Below are positions 40,375 to 53,400 of a stretch of 64,000 nt of DNA, piece by piece. A program made the translations under genes and the position numbers. Every line of letters starts with the position of its first letter. Position 1 is the first letter of the stretch. This DNA comes from Auanema rhodensis (Eukaryota > Animalia > Nematoda): the NCBI GenBank assembly GCA_964057225.1, contig OZ059898.1:1488001-1552000 (forward strand), in the 5' to 3' direction. Under the pieces are notes generated by a model. That model saw only the letters and a program-made list of their open reading frames with translations. It made no database searches and had not been told where the DNA came from.

Positions 40375-41427
40375 CATCTACTTTTTGCTAAATTATTTTG
40401 AAATTTTTCGAAAAAATTTTTGTCAAAATGTTTTTGGAAGCAATGTTGAGTGTACATGGAAACTCAACATACACTAATGCATCATTTTTCAAACGATCAT
40501 AACTAATTTTTGTATTAAGCGTTTCTCAATGTCGTATAGTGCATTCGATGCGGATTTTTAAGCTGCGTCGATCTGTGTTATCAGATTTGCGCTAGCTTAA
40601 AAATGCACCGAGATATCAACTGATATAAGTTCACACTTATATCCTCGATTTTCACCCTGAAGAATTAATTTTTTCGTTGAATAACATTGTCCATCGTCTT
40701 TGCCTTGAAAAAAGGAATCTAAAAACATCTACTTTTTGCTAAATTATTTTGAAATTTTTCGAAAAAATTTTTGTCAAAATGTTTTTGGAAGCAATGTTGA
40801 GTGTACATGGAAACTCAACATACACTAATGCATCATTTTTCAAACGATCATAACTAATTTTTGTATTACGCGTTTCTCTATGTAGTATAGTGCATTCGAT
40901 GCGGATTTTTAAGCTGCGTCGTTCTGTGTTATCAGATTTGCGCTAGCTTAAAAATGCACTGAGATATCAACTGATATAAGTTCACACTTATATCCTCGAT
41001 TTTCACCCTGAAGAATTAATTTTTTCGTTGAATAACATTGTCCATCGTCTTTGCCTTGAAAAAAGGAATCTAAAAACATCTACTTTTTGCTAAATTATTT
41101 TGAAATTTTTTGAAAAAATTTTTGTCAAAATGTTTTTGGAAGCAATGTTGAGTGTACATGGAAACTCAACATACACTAATGCATCATTTTTCAAACGATC
41201 ATAATTAATTTTTGTATTAAGCGTTTCTCAATGTAGTATAATGCATTCGATGCGGATTTTTAAGCTGCGTCGATCTGTGTTATCAGATTTGCGCTAGCTT
41301 AAAAATGCACCGAGATATCAACTGATATAAGTTCACACTTATATCCTCGATTTTCACCCTGAAGAATTAATTTTTTCGTTGAATAACATTGTCCATCGTC
41401 TTTGCCTTGAAAAAAGAAATCTAAAAA

Positions 41428-44400
41428 CATTTACTTTTTGCTAAATTATTTTGAAATTTTTCGAAAAAATTTTTGTCAAAATGTTTTTGGAAGCAATGTT
41501 GAGTGTACATGGAAACTCAACATACACTAATGCATCATTTTTCAAACGATCATAACTAATTTTTGTATTGAGCGTTTCTCAATGTAGTATAGTGCATTCG
41601 ATGCGGATTTTTAAGCTGCGTCGATCTGTGTTATCAGATTTGCGCTAGCTTAAAAATGCACCGAGATATCAACTGATATAAGTTCACACTTATATCCTCG
41701 ATTTTGACCCTGAAGAATTAATTTTTTCGTTGAATAACATTGTCCATCGTCTTTGCCTTGAAAAAAGGAATCTAAAAACATCTACTTTTTGCTAAATTAT
41801 TTTGAAATTTTTCGAAAAAATTTTTGTCAAAATGTTTTTGGAAGCAATGTTGAGTGTACATGGAAACTCAACATACACTAATGCATCATTTTTCAAACGA
41901 TCATAACTAATTTTTGTATTGAGCGTTTCTCAATGTAGTATAGTGCATTCGATGCGGATTTTTAAGCTGCGTCGATCTGTGTTATCAGATTTGCGCTAGC
42001 TTAAAAATGCACCGAGATATCAACTGATATAAGTTCACACTTATATCCTCGATTTTCACCCTGAAGATTTAATTTTTTCGTTGAATAACATTGTCCATCG
42101 TCTTTGCCTTGAAAAATGGAATCTAAAAACATCTACTTTTTGCTAAATTATTTTGAAATTTTTCGAAAAAATTTTTGTCAAAATGTTTTTGGAAGCAATG
42201 TTGAGTGTACATGGAAACTCAACATACACTAATGCATCATTTTTCAAACGATCATAACTAATTTTTGTATTAAGCGTTTCTCAATGTAGTATAGTGCATT
42301 CGATGCGGATTTTTAAGCTGCGTCGATCTGTGTTATCAGATTTGCGCTAGCTTAAAAATGCACCGAGATATCAACTGATATAAGTTCACACTTATATCCT
42401 CGATTTTCACCCTGAAGAATTAATTTTTTCGTTGAATAACATTGTCCATCGTCTTTGCCTTGAAAAAAGAAATCTAAAAACATCTACTTTCTGCTAAATT
42501 ATTTTGAAATTTTTCGAAAAAATTTTTGTCAAAATGTTTTTGGAAGCAATGTTGAGTGTACATGGAAACTCAACATACACTAATGCATCATTTTTCAAAC
42601 GATCATAACTAATTTTTGTATTGAGCGTTTCTCAATGTAGTATAGTGCATTCGATGCGGATTTTTAAGCTGCGTCGATCTGTGTTATCAGATTTGCGCTA
42701 GCTTAAAAATGCACCGAGATATCAACTGATATAAGTTCACACTTATATCCTCGATTTTCACCCTGAAGAATTAATTTTTTCGTTGAATAACATTGTCCAT
42801 CGTCTTTGCCTTGAAAAAAGAAATCTAAAAACATTTACTTTTTGCTAAATTATTTTGAAATTTTTCGAAAAAATTTTTGTCAAAATGTTTTTGGAAGCAA
42901 TGTTGAGTGTACATGGAAACTCAACATACACTAATGCATCATTTTTCAAACGATCATAACTAATTTTTGTATTGAGCGTTTCTCAATGTAGTATAGTGCA
43001 TTCGATGCGGATTTTTAAGCTGCGTCGATCTGTGTTATCAGATTTGCGCTAGCTTAAAAATGCACCGAGATATCAACTGATATAAGTTCACACTTATATC
43101 CTCGATTTTGACCCTGAAGAATTAATTTTTTCGTTGAATAACATTGTCCATCGTCTTTGCCTTGAAAAAAGAAATCTAAAAACATCTACTTTTTGCTAAA
43201 TTATTTTGAAATTTTTCGAAAAAATTTTTGTCAAAATGTTTTTGGAAGCAATGTTGAGTGTACATGGAAACTCAACATACACTAATGCATCATTTTTCAA
43301 ACGATCATAACTAATTTTTGTATTAAGCGTTTCTCAATGTCGTATAGTGCATTCGATGCGGATTTTTAAGCTGCGTCGATCTGTGTTATCAGATTTGCGC
43401 TAGCTTAAAAATGCACCGAGATATCAACTGATATAAGTTCACACTTATATCCTCGATTTTCACCCTGAAGAATTAATTTTTTCGTTGAATAACATTGTCC
43501 ATCGTCTTTGCCTTGAAAAAAGGAATCTAAAAACATCTACTTTTTGCTAAATTATTTTGAAATTTTCTGAAAAAATTTTTGTCAAAATGTTTTTGGAAGC
43601 AATGTTGAGTGTACATGGAAACTCAACATACACTAATGCATCATTTTTCAAACGATCATAACTAATTTTTGTATTAAGCGTTTCTCAATGTAGTATAGTG
43701 CATTCGATGCGGATTTTTGAGCTGCGTCGATCTGTGTTATCAGATTTGCGCTAGCTTAAAAATGCATCGAGATATCAACTGATATAAGTTCACACTTATA
43801 TCCTCAATTTTCACCCTGAAGAATTAATTTTTTCGTTGAATAACATTGTCCATCGTCTTTGCCTTGAAAAAAGAAATCTAAAAACATCTACTTTCTGCTA
43901 AATTATTTTGAAATTTTTCGAAAAAATTTTTGTCAAAATGTTTTTGGAAGCAATGTTGAGTGTACATGGAAACTCAACATACACTAATGCATCATTTTTC
44001 AAACGATCATAACTAATTTTTGTATTAAGCGTTTCTCAATGTCGTATAGTGCATTCGATGCAGATTTTTAAGCTGCGTCGATCTGTGTTATCAGATTTGC
44101 GCTAGCTTAAAAATGCACCGAGATATCAACTGATATAAGTTCACACTTATATCCTCGATTTTCACCCTGAAGAATTAATTTTTTCGTTGAATAACATTGT
44201 CCATCGTCTTTGCCTTGAAAAAAGGAATCTAAAAACATCTACTTTTTGCTAAATTATTCTGAAATTTTCTGAAAAAATTTTTGTCAAAATGTTTTTGGAA
44301 GCAATGTTGAGTGTACATGGAAACTCAACATACACTAATGCATCATTTTTCAAACGATCATAACTAATTTTTGTATTAAGCGTTTCTCAATATAGTATAG

Positions 44401-47400
44401 TGGATTCGATGCGGATTTTTGAGCTGCGTCGATCTGTGTTATCAGATTTGCGCTAGCTTAAAAATGCACCGAGATATCAACTGATATAAGTTCACACTTA
44501 TATCCTCGATTTTCACCCTGAATATTTAATTTTTTCGTTGAATAACATTGTCCATCGTCTTTGCCTTGAAAAATGGAATCTAAAAACATCTACTTTTTGC
44601 TAAATTATTTTGAAATTTTTCGAAAAAATTTTTGTCAAAATGTTTTTGGAAGTAATGTTGAGTGTACATGGAAACTCAACATACACTAATGCATCATTTT
44701 TCAAACGATCATAACTAATTTTTGTATTAAGCGTTTCTCAATGTAGTATAGTGCATTCGATGCGGATTTTTAAGCTGCGTCGATCTGTGTTATCAGATTT
44801 GCGCTAGCTTAAAAATGCACCGAGATATCAACTGATATAAGTTCACACTTATATCCTCGATTTTCACCCTGAAGAATTAATTTTTTCGTTGAATAACATT
44901 GTCCATCGTCTTTGCCTTGAAAAAAGAAATCTAAAAACATCTACTTTTTGCTAAATTATTTTGAAATTTTCTGAAAAAATTTTTGTCAAAATGTTTTTGG
45001 AAGCAATGTTGAGTGTACATGGAAACTCAACATACACTAATGCATCATTTTTCAAACGATCATAACTAATTTTTGTATTAAGCGTTTTTCAATGTAGTAT
45101 AGTGCATTCGATGCGGATTTTTAAGCTGCGTCGATCTGTGTTATCAGATTTGCGCTAGCTTAAAAATGCACCGAGATATCAACTGATATAAGTTCACACT
45201 TATATCCTCGATTTTCACCCTGAAGAATTAATTTTTTCGTTGAATAACATTGTCCATCGTCTTTGCCTTGAAAAAAGGAATCTAAAAACATCTACTTTTT
45301 GCTAAATTATTTTGAAATTTTCTGAAAAAATTTTTGTCAAAATGTTTTTGGAAGCAATGTTGAGTGTACATGGAAACTCAACATACACTAATGCATCATT
45401 TTTCAAACGATCATAACTAATTTTTGTATTAAGCGTTTCTCAATGTAGTATAGTGCATTCGATGCGGATTTTTAAGCTGCGTCGATCTGTGTTATCAGAT
45501 TTGCGCTAGCTTAAAAATGCACCGTGAAATCAACTGATATAAGTTCACACTTATATCCTCGATTTTCACCCTGAAGAATTAATTTTTTCGTTTAATAACG
45601 TTGTCCATCGTCTTTGCCTTGAAAAAAGGAATCTAAAAACATCTACTTTTTGCTAAATTATTTTGAAATTTTTCGAAAAAATTTTTGTCAAAATGTTTTT
45701 GGAAGCAATGTTGAGTGTACATGGAAACTCAACATACACTAATGCATCATTTTTCAAACGATCATAACTAATTTTTGTATTAAGCGTTTCTCAATGTAGT
45801 ATAGTGCATTAGATGCGGATTTTTAAGCTGCGTCGATCTGTGTTATCAGATTTGCGCTAGCTTAAAAATGCACCGAGATATCAACTGATATAAGTTCACA
45901 CTTATATCCTCGATTTTCACCCTGAAGATTTAATTTTTTCGTTGAATAACATTGTCCATCGTCTTTGCCTTGAAAAATGGAATCTAAAAACATCTACTTT
46001 TTGCTAAATTATTTTGAAATTTTTCGAAAAAATTTTTGTCAAAATGTTTTTGGAAGCAATGTTGAGTGTACATGGAAACTCAACATACACTAATGCATCA
46101 TTTTTCAAACGATCATAACTAATTTTTGTATTAAGCGTTTCTCAATGTAGTATAGTGCATTCGATGCGGATTTTTAAGCTGCGTCGATCTGTGTTATCAG
46201 ATTTGCGCTAGCTTAAAAATGCACCGTGAAATCAACTGATATAAGTTCACACTTATATCCTCGATTTTCACCCTGAAGATTTAATTTTTTCGTTGAATAA
46301 CATTGTCCATCGTCTTTGCCTTGAAAAATGGAATCTAAAAACATCTACTTTTTGCTAAATTATTCTGAAATTTTTCGAAAAAATTTTTGTCAAAATGTTT
46401 TTGGAAGCAATGTTGAGTGTACATGGAAACTGAACATACACTAATGCATCATTTTTCAAACGATCATAACTAATTTTTGTATTAAGCGTTTTTCAATGTA
46501 GTATAGTGCATTCGATGCGGATTTTTAAGCTGCGTCGATCTGTGTTATCAGATTTGCGCTAGCTTAAAAATGCACCGAGATATCAACTGATATAAGTTCA
46601 CACTTATATCCTCGATTTTCACCCTGAAGATTTAATTTTTTCGTTGAATAACATTGTCCATCGTCTTTGCCTTGAAAAATGGAATCTAAAAACATCTACT
46701 TTTTGCTAAATTATTCTGAAATTTTTCGAAAAAATTTTTGTCAAAATGTTTTTGGAAGCAATGTTGAGTGTACATGGAAACTGAACATACACTAATGCAT
46801 CATTTTTCAAACGATCATAACTAATTTTTGTATTAAGCGTTTTTCAATGTAGTATAGTGCATTCGATGCGGATTTTTAAGCTGCGTCGATCTGTGTTATC
46901 AGATTTGCGCTAGCTTAAAAATGCACCGAGATATCAACTGATATAAGTTCACACTTATATCCTCGATTTTCACCCTGAAGAATTAATTTTTTTGTTGAAT
47001 AACATTGTCCATCGTCTTTGCCTTGAAAAAAGGAATCTAAAAACATCTACTTTTTGCTAAATTATTTTGAAATTTTTCGAAAAAATTTTTGTCAAAATGT
47101 TTTTGGAAGCAATGTTGAGTGTACATGGAAACTCAACATACACTAATGCATCATTTTTCAAACGATCATAACTAATTTTTGTATTAAGCGTTTCTCAATG
47201 TAGTATAGTGCATTCGATGCGGATTTTTAAGCTGCGTCGATCTGTGTTATCAGATTTGCGCTAGCTTAAAAATGCACCGAGATATCAACTGATATAAGTT
47301 CACACTTATATCCTCGATTTTCACCCTGAAGATTTAATTTTTTCGTTGAATAACATTGTCCATCGTCTTTGCCTTGAAAAATGGAATCTAAAAACATCTA

Positions 47401-50400
47401 CTTTTTGCTAAATTATTTTGAAATTTTTCGAAAAAATTTTTGTCAAAATGTTTTTGGAAGCAATGTTGAGTGTACATGGAAACTGAACATACACTAATGC
47501 ATCATTTTTCAAACGATCATAACTAATTTTTGTATTAAGCGTTTTTCAATGTAGTATAGTGCATTCGATGCGGATTTTTAAGCTGCGTCGATCTGTGTTA
47601 TCAGATTTGCGCTAGCTTAAAAATGCACCGAGATATCAACTGATATAAGTTCACACTTATATCCTCGATTTTCACCCTGAAGAATTAATTTTTTTGTTGA
47701 ATAACATTGTCCATCGTCTTTGCCTTGAAAAAAGGAATCTAAAAACATCTACTTTTTGCTAAATTATTTTGAAATTTTTCGAAAAAATTTTTGTCAAAAT
47801 GTTTTTGGAAGCAATGTTGAGTGTACATGGAAACTCAACATACACTAATGCATCATTTTTCAAACGATCATAACTAATTTTTGTATTAAGCGTTTCTCAA
47901 TGTAGTATAGTGCATTCGATGCGGATTTTTAAGCTGCGTCGATCTGTGTTATCAGATTTGCGCTAGCTTAAAAATGCACCGTGAAATCAACTGATATAAG
48001 TTCACACTTATATCCTCGATTTTCACCCTGAAGAATTAATTTTTTCGTTGAATAACATTGTCCATCGTCTTTGCCTTGAAAAAAGGAATCTAAAAACATC
48101 TACTTTTTGCTAAATTATTTTGAAATTTTTCGAAAAAATTTTTGTCAAAATGTTTTTGGAAGCAATGTTGAGTGTACATGGAAACTCAACATACACTAAT
48201 GCATCATTTTTCAAACGATCATAACTAATTTTTGTATTAAGCGTTTCTCAATGTAGTATAGTGCATTCGATGCGGATTTTTAAGCTGCGTCGATCTGTGT
48301 TATCAGATTTGCGCTAGCTTAAAAATGCACCGAGATATCAACTGATATAAGTTCACACTTATATCCTCGATTTTCACCCTGAAGATTTAATTTTTTCGTT
48401 GAATAACATTGTCCATCGTCTTTGCCTTGAAAAATGGAATCTAAAAACATCTACTTTTTGCTAAATTATTTTGAAATTTTTCGAAAAAATTTTTGTCAAA
48501 ATGTTTTTGGAAGCAATGTTGAGTGTACATGGAAACTCAACATACACTAATGCATCATTTTTCAAACGATCATAACTAATTTTTGTATTAAGCGTTTCTC
48601 AATGTAGTATAGTGCATTCGATGCGGATTTTTAAGCTGCGTCGATCTGTGTTATCAGATTTGCGCTAGCTTAAAAATGCACCGAGATATCAACTGATATA
48701 AGTTCACACTTATATCCTCGATTTTCACCCTGAAGATTTAATTTTTTCGTTGAATAACATTGTCCATCGTCTTTGCCTTGAAAAATGAAATCTAAAAACA
48801 TCTACTTTTTGCTAAATTATTTTGAAATTTTTCGAAAAAAATTTTGTCAAAATGTTTTTGGAAGCAATGTTGAGTGTACATGGAAACTCAACATACACTA
48901 ATGCATCATTTTTCAAACGATCATAACTAATTTTTGTATTAAGCGTTTCTCAATGTAGTATAGTGCATTCGATGCGGATTTTTAAGCTGCGTCGATCTGT
49001 GTTATCAGATTTGCGCTAGCTTAAAAATGCACCGAGATATCAACTGATATAAGTTCACACATATATCCTCGATTTTCACCCTGAAGAATTAATTTTTTTG
49101 TTGAATAACATTGTCCATCGTCTTTGCCTTGAAAAAAGGAATCCAAAAACATCTACTTTTTGCTAAATTATTTTGAAATTTTTCGAAAAAATTTTTGTCA
49201 AAATGTTTTTGGAAGCAATGTTGAGTGTACATGGAAACTCAACATACACTAATGCATCATTTTTCAAACGATCATAACTAATTTTTGTATTAAGCGTTTC
49301 TCAAAGTAGTATAGTGCATTCGATGCGGATTTTTAAGCTGCGTCGATCTGTGTTATCAGATTTGCGCTAGCTTAAAAATGCACCGAGATATCAACTGATA
49401 TAAGTTCACACTTATATCCTCGATTTTCACCCTGAAGATTTAATTTTTTCGTTGAATAACATTGTCCATCGTCTTTGCCTTGAAAAATGGAATCTAAAAA
49501 CATCTACTTTTTGCTAAATTATTTTGAAATTTTTCGAAAAAATTTTTGTCAAAATGTTTTTGGAAGCAATGTTGAGTGTACATGGAAACTCAACATACAC
49601 TAATGCATCATTTTTCAAACGATCATAACTAATTTTTGTATTAAGCGTTTCTCAATGTAGTATAGTGCATTCGATGCGGATTTTTAAGCTGCGTCGATCT
49701 GTGTTATCAGATTTGCGCTAGCTTAAAAATGCACCGTGAAATCAACTGATATAAGTTCACACTTATATCCTCGATTTTCACCCTGAAGAATTAATTTTTT
49801 CGTTGAATAACATTGTCCATCGTCTTTGCCTTGAAAAAAGGAATCTAAAAACATCTACTTTTTGCTAAATTATTTTGAAATTTTTCGAAAAAATTTTTGT
49901 CAAAATGTTTTTGGAAGCAATGTTGAGTGTACATGGAAACTCAACATACACTAATGCATCATTTTTCAAACGATCATAAGTAATTTTTGTATTAAGCGTT
50001 TCTCAATGTAGTATAGTGCATTCGATGCGGATTTTTAAGCTGCGTCGATCTGTGTTATCAGATTTGCGCTAGCTTAAAAATGCACCGAGATATCAACTGA
50101 TATAAGTTCACACTTATATCCTCGATTTTCACCCTGAAGAATTAATTTTTTCGTTGAATAACATTGTCCATCGTCTTTGCCTTGAAAAAAGGAATCTAAA
50201 AACATCTACTTTTTGCTAAATTATTTTGAAATTTTTCGAAAAAATTTTTGTCAAAATGTTTTTGGAAGCAATGTTGAGTGTACATGGAAACTCAACATAC
50301 ACTAATGCATCATTTTTCAAACGATCATAAGTAATTTTTGTATTAAGCGTTTCTCAATGTAGTATAGTGCATTCGATGCGGATTTTTAAGCTGCGTCGAT

Positions 50401-53400
50401 CTGTGTTATCAGATTTGCGCTAGCTTAAAAATGCACCGAGATATCAACTGATATAAGTTCACACTTATATCCTCGATTTTCACCCTGAAGATTTAATTTT
50501 TTCGTTGAATAACATTGTCCATCGTCTTTGCCTTAAAAAATGGAATCTAAAAACATCTACTTTTTGCTAAATTATTTTGAAATTTTTCGAAAAAATTTTT
50601 GTCAAAATGTTTTTGGAAGCAATGTTGAGTGTACATGGAAACTCAACATACACTAATGCATCATTTTTCAAACGATCATAACTAATTTTTGTATTAAGCG
50701 TTTCTCAATGTAGTATAGTGCATTCGATGCGGATTTTTAAGCTGCGTCGATCTGTGTTATCAGATTTGCGCTAGCTTAAAAATGCACCGAGATATCAACT
50801 GATATAAGTTCACACTTATATCCTCGATTTTCACCCTGAAGATTTAATTTTTTCGTTGAATAACATTGTCCATCGTCTTTGCCTTAAAAAATGGAATCTA
50901 AAAACATCTACTTTTTGCTAAATTATTTTGAAATTTTTCGAAAAAATTTTTGTCAAAATGTTTTTGGAAGCAATGTTGAGTGTACATGGAAACTCAACAT
51001 ACACTAATGCATCATTTTTCAAACGATCATAACTAATTTTTGTATTAAGCGTTTCTCAATGTAGTATAGTGCATTCGATGCGGATTTTTAAGCTGCGTCG
51101 ATCTGTGTTATCAGATTTGCGCTAGCTTAAAAATGCACCGAGATATCAACTGATATAAGTTCACACTTATATCCTCGATTTTCACCCTGAAGATTTAATT
51201 TTTTCGTTGAATAACATTGTCCATCGTCTTTGCCTTGAAAAATGGAATCTAAAAACATCTACTTTTTGCTAAATTATTTTGAAATTTTTCGAAAAAATTT
51301 TTGTCAAAATGTTTTTGGAAGCAATGTTGAGTGTACATGGAAACTCAACATACACTAATGCATCATTTTTCAAACGATCATAACTAATTTTTGTATTAAG
51401 CGTTTCTCAAAGTAGTATAGTGCATTCGATGTGGATTTTTAAGCTGCGTCGATCTGTGTTATCAGATTTGCGCTAGCTTAAAAATGCACCGAGATATCAA
51501 CTGATATAAGTTCACACTTATATCCTCGATTTTCACCCTGAAGATTTAATTTTTTCGTTGAATAACATTGTCCATCGTCTTTGCCTTGAAAAATGGAATC
51601 TAAAAACATCTACTTTTTGCTAAATTATTTTGAAATTTTTCGAAAAAATTTTTGTCAAAATGTTTTTGGAAGCAATGTTGAGTGTACATGGAAACTCAAC
51701 ATACACTAATGCATCATTTTTCAAACGATCATAACTAATTTTTGTATTAAGCGTTTCTCAATGTAGTATAGTGCATTCGATGCGGATTTTTAAGCTGCGT
51801 CGATCTGTGTTATCAGATTTGCGCTAGCTTGAAAATGCACCGAGATATCAACTGATATAAGTTCACACATATATCCTCGATTTTCACCCTGAAGAATTAA
51901 TTTTTTTGTTGAATAACATTGTCCATCGTCTTTGCCTTGAAAAAAGGAATCTAAAAACATCTACTTTTTGCTAAATTATTTTGAAATTTTTCGAAAAAAT
52001 TTTTGTCAAAATGTTTTTGGAAGCAATGTTGAGTGTACATGGAAACTCAACATACACTAATGCATCATTTTTCAAACGATCATAACTAATTTTTGTATTA
52101 AGCGTTTCTCAAAGTAGTATAGTGCATTCGATGCGGATTTTTAAGCTGCGTCGATCTGTGTTATCAGATTTGCGCTAGCTTAAAAATGCACCGAGATATC
52201 AACTGATATAAGTTCACACTTATATCCTCGATTTTCACCCTGAAGATTTAATTTTTTCGTTGAATAACATTGTCCATCGTCTTTGCCTTGAAAAATGGAA
52301 TCTAAAAACATCTACTTTTTGCTAAATTATTTTGAAATTTTTCGAAAAAATTTTTGTCAAAATGTTTTTGGAAGCAATGTTGAGTGTACATGGAAACTCA
52401 ACATACACTAATGCATCATTTTTCAAACGATCATAACTAATTTTTGTATTAAGCGTTTCTCAATGTAGTATAGTGCATTCGATGCGGATTTTTAAGCTGC
52501 GTCGATCTGTGTTATCAGATTTGCGCTAGCTTAAAAATGCACCGAGATATCAACTGATATAAGTTCACACTTATATCCTCGATTTTCACCCTGAAGAATT
52601 AATTTTTTTGTTGAATAACACTGTCCATCGTCTTTGCCTTGAAAAATGGAATCTAAAAACATCTACTTTTTGCTAAACTATTTTGAAATTTTTCGAAAAA
52701 ATTTTTGTCAAAATGTTTTTGGAAGCAATGTTGAGTGTACATGGAAACTCAACATACACTAATGCATCATTTTTCAAACGATCATAACTAATTTTTGTAT
52801 TAAGCGTTTCTCAAAGTAGTATAGTGCATTCGATGCGGATTTTTAAGCTGCGTCGATCTGTGTTATCAGATTTGCGCTAGCTTAAAAATGCACCGAGATA
52901 TCAACTGATATAAGTTCACACTTATATCCTCGATTTTCACCCTGAAGAATTAATTTTTTCGTTGAATAACATTGTCCATCGTCTTTGCCTTGAAAAAAGG
53001 AATCTAAAAACATCTACTTTTTGCTAAATTATTTTGAAATTTTCTGAAAAAATTTTTGTCAAAATGTTTTTGGAAGCAATGTTGAGTGTACATGGAAACT
53101 CAACATACACTAATGCATCATTTTTCAAACGATCATAACTAATTTTTGTATTAAGCGTTTCTCAATGTAGTATAGTGCATTCGATGCGGATTTTTAAGCT
53201 GCGTCGATCTGTGTTATCAAATTTGCGCTAGCTTAAAAATGCACCGAGATATCAACTGATATAAGTTCACACTTATATCCTCGATTTTCACCCTGAAGAT
53301 TTAATTTTTTCGTTGAATAACATTGTCCATCGTCTTTGCCTTGAAAAAAGGAATCTAAAAACATCTACTTTTTGCTAAATTATTTAGAAATTTTTCGAAA

